Source: Eledone cirrhosa
Taxonomy: Eukaryota
Length of the DNA: 64,000 nt
Direction of reading: 5' to 3'
Assembly (NCBI GenBank): GCA_964016885.1
Contig: OZ024743.1
Coordinates: forward strand, 184,760,001-184,824,000
Shown: piece after piece, positions 57,241-64,000 of the stretch
Layout of the letters: every line of letters begins with the position of its first letter
Position numbering within the stretch: position 1 is the stretch's first letter
The notes under the pieces: generated by a model
Database searches by the model: none
The model's input: only the letters and a program-made list of their open reading frames with translations
What the model was told of the DNA's origin: nothing
Translations under genes and position numbers: made by a program

Positions 57241-59399
57241 TGGCATATTGTTGAAAATCATAAGAAGTATTTTTTATTTGATATATAGTATTTTTGACTA
57301 TTGTAGACCATTGGCCTGCTTCATGGAGTCCTACATACTCTCGGGTCCCAAATAATAGGAGGTAGGTGAAATAAGAGCAGGGTGGAAAACAATCTTAAAA
57401 ATTAATAAGCAGGGAGAGGAGTGACGGTTATTTGTGACCCGAGAGTAAGCAAGTTGTATTTGAATGTATTGTTTTATGTATTTTCATTTCTTATACAAAT
57501 GTTAGGTTTTGGCCCAAAGTTTGATCAACCCTTTTGGCAGTCTGATCAAGCACATTGGAGACCCTTGCCCTACCTCTTTGTCAAAAATAAATAAATAAAA
57601 CTAAAAAGTTGGCAATCTATACTGAGTAAAAAAAAAACCCAACAACATAAACATTAATACTTTAGTATTATTATCCTTATTATGAAAAATATAATTGAAT
57701 ATCTTTAAAAGGTAGTTTCATAAAACTAGCTGTTCATGATAAATACATGTTTTTTTGTGACAAAAGGAAATATCATGTAACAATGCAAAATAAATGAAAA
57801 TATTCATTGAAACATTTAAAAATCAGAAATGAATCTTTCAGCACATCTCCTGCACTATCCTCTGTTTGCTGGGACCATGAGGCAACCTACGAGTCAATTC
57901 TTCACTAGTGTACATATATTTTTTTACTACTAAGATGTGCTTCAAACTTGATGCTTTTATTCTAAAGTTTGTCACTTCAAAACATTCCAATACTTGAAAT
58001 ATTGAACTCTGCATCAGCTAAATCTAGGTTAAGTGCTGGCTGGTAGGCAGCTAAGCTTTTTCTGTATTAATCAATTACAATTCACTTTATGAATTATAGA
58101 GGTATGAAATAGCATTCTCTTGACATTCTCTAAACACATTTCTTTCTTTAACCTTTTCATTACCATATTTCTAATGAAATACACTACTAATGTGTGTGAA
58201 TTAATTTTGAAAATAATTAAAAATTTGCTAGGATTTAGTGAAATAACTTTTTCATTAGTAAACTAATACTTGGAACCTGGCTTAACAAAAAATTCTTAAA
58301 TAAAATTATGATGAAAGGCTTTAATATAAGTATGAACACTTTAAAATGATCAATTTTAGATTATAGAATCAGAGACAGTTTCAGAGTTTAAAATAGTTCC
58401 ACTAAAGATGAATCTTGTTTGCCAGAAAATCTTTTCACTGGATAGTTTCAATATCTAGCAATTGAATGAAATGTTTTACATAAGAATTTCATACCTTAAT
58501 GGTAGTCATTCAAACATAAAATCAACTGACAAATAATTTACAGTTAAGCACATTGAGCAAAGATGAGAAATATTCCTGGCCAACATATAAGTTATAGTTT
58601 GGTCTGAACCTATGACATTGCAATTACTAGTCTAGCCACAATCTGTGTCTGTTACTCTGCAACATGTTCAGTAGACTTAACTGAGACAATTCCTCAGTAA
58701 CAAAAAAGTACTCTACCACTGCCACAACCCTCTTGATTACAAACATAATATGAGAAAGGATGATATTAGGGATAAACGTTTTATTTGAAAAAGTAGATTT
58801 CCAAAATGTTACTCCTATTTCCAATGATTTCCAGGATTTCAACAAATTAATCAACAAATAATTAGAAAACCTCCATTGCACACATATATTCACCAACGTT
58901 GTATTATTTTAATTACTAAACTAATTAGTTGTAATTACAAGAGCCTATCAAAGTATTAGAGTTTTATTGGCATAGTAAAGAGAAAGCTAATTATTGGCTT
59001 TATTTTCTACTAATCTTTTTCTCTGAATGAAGACTGGAATGAGTTTTTAGGTAGATAGTATACAGTTGAACTGTAACTGAAACAATATTTAATTATGGCA
59101 ATTCTGAGGAAGACGTAGGGAAAATATATTGATCTTTTCCTGCAGGAGAATTGTCTGCCAGAGAGAGCTGCATACTGCAATGGCCTGTGAAATAAACACA
59201 GCAGAAAAATATCTTCCAGACACAATACAAACATGGAAAATAACAAGGCTATTTTTATGGTGACTACAGTGTTTGTTAGTCCAGTAAACTATGAATCACT
59301 TTCCTCTCCAAATATATGGAAATAAATGAAAATAAAGACACTTTAATGCTAAACAAGACTTTTCAATGCCATTTAACTATAGTTAAAATCATCATCATC

Positions 59400-60850
59400 T
59401 CATCTCAGCAGATTTCCAACTGAACTAGGGAAACATACAAATACTAGATGTCTTGTTTCATCAACATTGTTTGTATTTCTGATATAGTCTTCAATTTGGT
59501 ATCTTTTTAAAGTATTTCAATGAAATTAGTGGGTTGTTTCTCATAGTTAATCTGCCCATGGGTTGGTCTCCACAGCACTAGATGTCTCACACAATGACCT
59601 GCCAATTGCAATTTTCACTAAAGCTAACTTTGGTAGACTATTATAAAGTTCTGCATTGGTGGTGTGACTCTTCCAAGTGATGTTAAGAGCCATCTATAAC
59701 ATGTGAGAGTATATACCATAGAGGTTATTTTCCAGCTTTTGTGTGATTATCCAATGTTCCTGGAACCTTTTGAACATTGGAATACTGAGACAAGATGATG
59801 GGAAAAAGATCTCAAAGACTTTCTTCAAAACCAGTTCAAGAATGTGATGGTAGCAAACCAGCCGCAAGAGGAATTCTTTCAGAGCTGCTTTAATATTTGT
59901 ATTGGCTCCTTGGTGCATGTCAATGTTACTGGCGGTTGAGTCAAAGGACATACCAATTATTCTATCTTCAATTTTTAGTTGTTGAATTTCCTTCACAACA
60001 ACTTCAGTGACTTGCCCAATTCCATTTCTCGCAATAGCAACACATGAGAGCTCCTCCGATCTTTGAGTATGTTAGATCGGGAAGCCGATAGTAATGATTC
60101 TCTATTCCAGTAGAGGACTAGCCAGGATCTGTTTTCAGGTGGTAAAGCGGAAAACTTGATTTCCTGAGCCATCATCTTAGTGATTGGTTCTTGCTCGATA
60201 TACAGTTGAGGGGGAAATTGAAAGTTCAGATACATCATGACTAAGACTTTCCGCAATTGTGATGTAAGAAGTACTTGTTTGTTATACTGATAGTTTCTCC
60301 TATTCCCATGTAGTAACAAGAGTGGTATCAAGAGTCAGCTTTATTCGCAGTGATTTTTTGGAGGGGTTCTGACTTGAAGATTTCATCATCATTATCACCA
60401 ATAGCTGCGCCTGATGATGAACTTTCAAGAACTACTTTCTTGGATATCTTCTTGGCATCTTCATCCTGCTTTCTCTTTCTTATTTTCATGTGAATCTTCT
60501 TTTCCTTCTGAAAGGCTCTCACATGTTCTGCATCAACACCAGCCATGAATGAAGATCACCTTTCCAAATTTCACATTTTGCAATTACTTTGTCAGTTATC
60601 CTTGATTTTTCTTTTTCAGTCCTTGATACTCATACAATTTTTCGATTAAAGTGTAGATGTTTTTTTCCATTTTGGTACAAATATTTGCTTTTCTCCACAC
60701 TTCCCGGATCTTGTCTTTTACAACAACTGAAATTGTCTCCCTGACTTCAACGTGATGGTGGAGAAAACACAAGAGCATTGTTGTTTGGAGGGGAGTCGTG
60801 TCTGAGGTAACTCCCTCTCAGGCTTTTTCTCAAGTAGCCAAATGGCCTTT
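59400..60850 (-). mobile_element. Degenerate DNA transposase, hAT-like (hATm-type) relic
   Basis: Fragments VWRKANICTK, MAGVD, and GMSFDSTASN...GA...LLRLVCYHHILELVL (catalytic D plus CxxH); multiple frameshifts; TIRs not identified. Confidence 0.65.
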
Positions 60851-63727
60851 CTGGCAAAATCAATCAACCAATTTCATATTAATGAGCCTTTGAATCCTTA
60901 CATTTCTGGAACCCATTCAGATAATGAAAAGCAAAAGTCACGAAAATTATTTCATAACTTTATAAAAACAGATGGAACTTGACAATAATCAGCATGTTTA
61001 GTACTCGCCAACAAAAACCAGCACTGAACCACCAATGCAATGAACCTTGCATTAGAATCTTAGTGTTAACTCATTATCTTGTTCAATTATTAAAACAAAT
61101 ATCGAAAAGCTCACCTTATCAACATGATATCAAATATTTCTTTGTACAAACAATGAAAACAAATCACTGATGTAAAATTATTTCTACATACTTAGTTTAA
61201 GTTTATAGTTCATTTCTTTTTCATATAGGATCCTATAAATGGCGGAAATATCTCCCGCATGTACACAAACGAAAATGGACAAAAAAATACAACCTGGCTA
61301 CAATCAACAAATGTTGAAGTAATTTTTTTTCATTTTTTTGGCATAGCATTCAAAAAGCAACAAACTGTACAACCCCTAAATATATCCGTATCTCCTTGTA
61401 TTTTTGCTTGTGTAGCTTTTACATGAAATGGATCCAGGGTGCAATTGATATGAGGTGATTTCAACTAAAAGAATTTTACCAATAAATATGAAATATTCTA
61501 GTGTCCATGCCTCACAATCATATAACAATACAGATACAACTGTTGCTAAAGAAAGTCTGATCTTAAGACCTTGGAACTTCATTGGAGAGAAGGGTGGAAT
61601 TATGTGGCAGAAATGGAAAAATAAAACAAAATAAAAATGAAATTTACATCTCACATCTATGAATGTTTAGCTGACCTCCTACAAGACTGTATCTCCTAGG
61701 AGGCTTCTTGGAGGTTTGAATAATAGAGATCCCAGTCCTATCTTGAAAAGCAATGTGAAATGAAGGGTTTAGCTCAAAAACATAATGCACAGCCCAGTCC
61801 AGCAATCAAACCCATAATCTTATGATTGTGAGTTCAACAACCTTTCCGCTTTATAATGCTTGCCACTAAATATAAAACAAAAAGAAATTTCACTTTAACA
61901 GTTGTAAAGTTTATTAAATAAATTCTACGGTTCCGACAATGATTGTTCTAGTTGATTCCATCAACAGAACAGGTTGATCGTGAAATCAACATGCAGGTGG
62001 TTGAGCATTCCACAAAATTAAGGTATTTTTCTCAACAAATTTAACTTTCAACCATATAATTGTGATCCAGATAGCTTAACCACTATGTCACATTGATAGA
62101 AGGATGATGAGAAAAAATACTGATATACTGAGGAGTTAGTATTTTCTAAGGTGTAATATTTCACAGACCCCACTGCACCAAATGTGGTATTCATGGCACT
62201 CTCATCATATTCATTTAAACAGTTTTCTTTATGCTAAAAGTTTTTTCAACATCTACAATGGTATTGAATGATAATGCACTGACATAACATGTACTGTTTA
62301 ATGCTAGTAGATGTGGATTTACAATAAATAAGCAATTTACTTTTCATCTTACACGAGTACATACATATTTAGCATGTATTTAATGATAAACTTAAGCAGA
62401 TTAAACTATTGTGCATAATAATAATAATAATAATTATGATAAGCAGAAAGAAAAAGTGTTCTAGCATTGGCACACTACCACAAATTAACCTGGGAGCTTA
62501 ATTGATACATTATTTATTGATCCTGGAAGGTTAAATAGCAATGTCAACCTTGACAAGATTTGAAATAGTTGTGAAATGCCGGTAATATAACATCATGTTT
62601 TACTGTGTGAAACTTAATTATCTTCTCTCAATACCAAACAATGCGAAATTACCCTTGGTTCAATGATACAAAGCAATTTATTTTATAGCTTTTATCTTTA
62701 TCTAAAAACCTTCTATCATAGTTTTACATAAGAACCTTTGTTAAGTTATGCTCCAAACACCAGCTTGATATTGATAAATTTAACTATATTACTAAACTTC
62801 TTCAAATTCTTCATTGTTTTCAAAGTATATCATAAGCAGTGTATCATAAGCCGTGTTTTTCATTAAAAATGTGTTAATGGATGGGTTAAAGCAATGAGGG
62901 AGTAAGCTCTTAAAAGTTAAAGCTTTGAACCTACCAGTCTAGAGAAATAAAGAAATAAGCATCAAGAAAATTCATCATTATTTTTTTTTTTGTAATTGTT
63001 TTGCAAAATTCTTAATGCTGAAATGTCTATTGTTGGAGTAAGTGTGGATGAAGAGAAGACAGAGAGGGCAATAGTCATCAATAAGGCCACAAGAATTTGA
63101 CAAATAAATAACTAGCTGATTAAATCCACTGACTGCTGAATTTATTACCTGATTAATAAAAGTGAAGTGAAACTCAACTGGCACAAGTGTTTTGGTAGCA
63201 TCAACTCCCCAAAATATATCAATTAAAAAAAAATGATAAAATGATTATGAGACACATTGAATGACTTACTCAGCTCTCCACTTTACATCTAAACACACAA
63301 ATACTCTTATAAAACTTACATATATACATACATCCTCTTAGCTTCTTACGGATGAATAACAAACACACACACACACACATGCGCGCGTGCTCTATGTACA
63401 AAACAACTTTCAGCTAGACACATTCGGTCACTGCTTTTTAAAACAAGATCATCTTACACAACAACGTCAGAATCAACAGTTTTCCGAAGGATGGCAACAT
63501 GAATAGACCTGTTTTTTCTCTAGAAATTTTTTTACATTTCTCCTCTGCCAATCTCCTCTATCTTTCTATTTCTTCTTTAATTTCTCATTCTATTTTCTGA
63601 TGAAAGACTAGCATGCGAAATGTTAGGACTCATTTCCTACTATATCAAGCGTAAAACTAATAAGATATTTCTTCATTGTACTGTGTTATTTGCTTTGTTA
63701 TTTGTTTGTCTTTTGCATATATATATT

Positions 63728-64000
63728 GGAGGCACATGGCTTAGTGGTTAGAACATTGGCCTTGCAATCGAAAGGTTGCGAGTTCAATTCTCAGACCGTG
63801 TGATATCTTATTTCATTGAGCAAGACACTTTATTCCACATTGCTCCAGTTTACTCAGCTGGAGAAATGAGATGATAGGGACTGGGGTCCCTATCATTCTA
63901 CTGCAAAGTGGTCGTGGAGGTGCCACGACAAAAAAAGCACCCAGCACTCACTGTAAATGAGGTTGGTGTTAGGGAGGGCATCCAGCTGTAGAAATCAAGC
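63728..64000 (+). mobile_element. tRNA-headed SINE (family B), runs off the window end
   Basis: ggaggcacatggcttagtggttagaacattggccttgcaatcgaaaggttgcgagttcaattc... followed by an RTE-like tail. Confidence 0.88.

Noticed and set aside
61109-61125. Possible first exon ATGTTGATAAG|gtgagc
   Set aside because: Ends in phase 2, incompatible with the phase-1 acceptor at 30394.
63269-63287. Possible minus-strand exon tag|ATGTAAAGTGGAGAGCTGA|gtaagt
   Set aside because: 19 nt; the phases that would join the phase-1 TPD52 exon contain a stop; unsupported.

Overview
AT-rich, repeat-dense animal genomic DNA. The SINE/LINE families and microsatellite load suggest a coleoid cephalopod (Octopus-like); this is inferred, not database-checked. 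The only host gene I can support is a minus-strand TPD52-family (tumor protein D52/D53/D54) gene. It has five confident internal exons between 6.4 and 30.4 kb plus up to four candidate in-frame microexons (24, 9, 24 and 12 nt); its first and last exons were not found. The rest is intronic or intergenic sequence packed with mobile elements. These include several RTE-clade LINEs carrying a PHD-type C4HC3 finger just after the RT core, CR1-like and L1/Tx1-like LINEs, and two Penelope-like elements with inverted pseudo-LTRs and fold-back junctions. One Penelope-like element is an almost perfect 2.15-kb palindrome carrying variant hammerhead ribozyme motifs. There are also a mariner relic, a hAT-like relic, TTAA-flanked MITEs, tRNA-derived SINEs and multi-kb TA/CA microsatellites. 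The long Y/I/M/C/H/T-rich ORFs in the track are microsatellite artefacts. All coordinates were read by eye and element boundaries are approximate.
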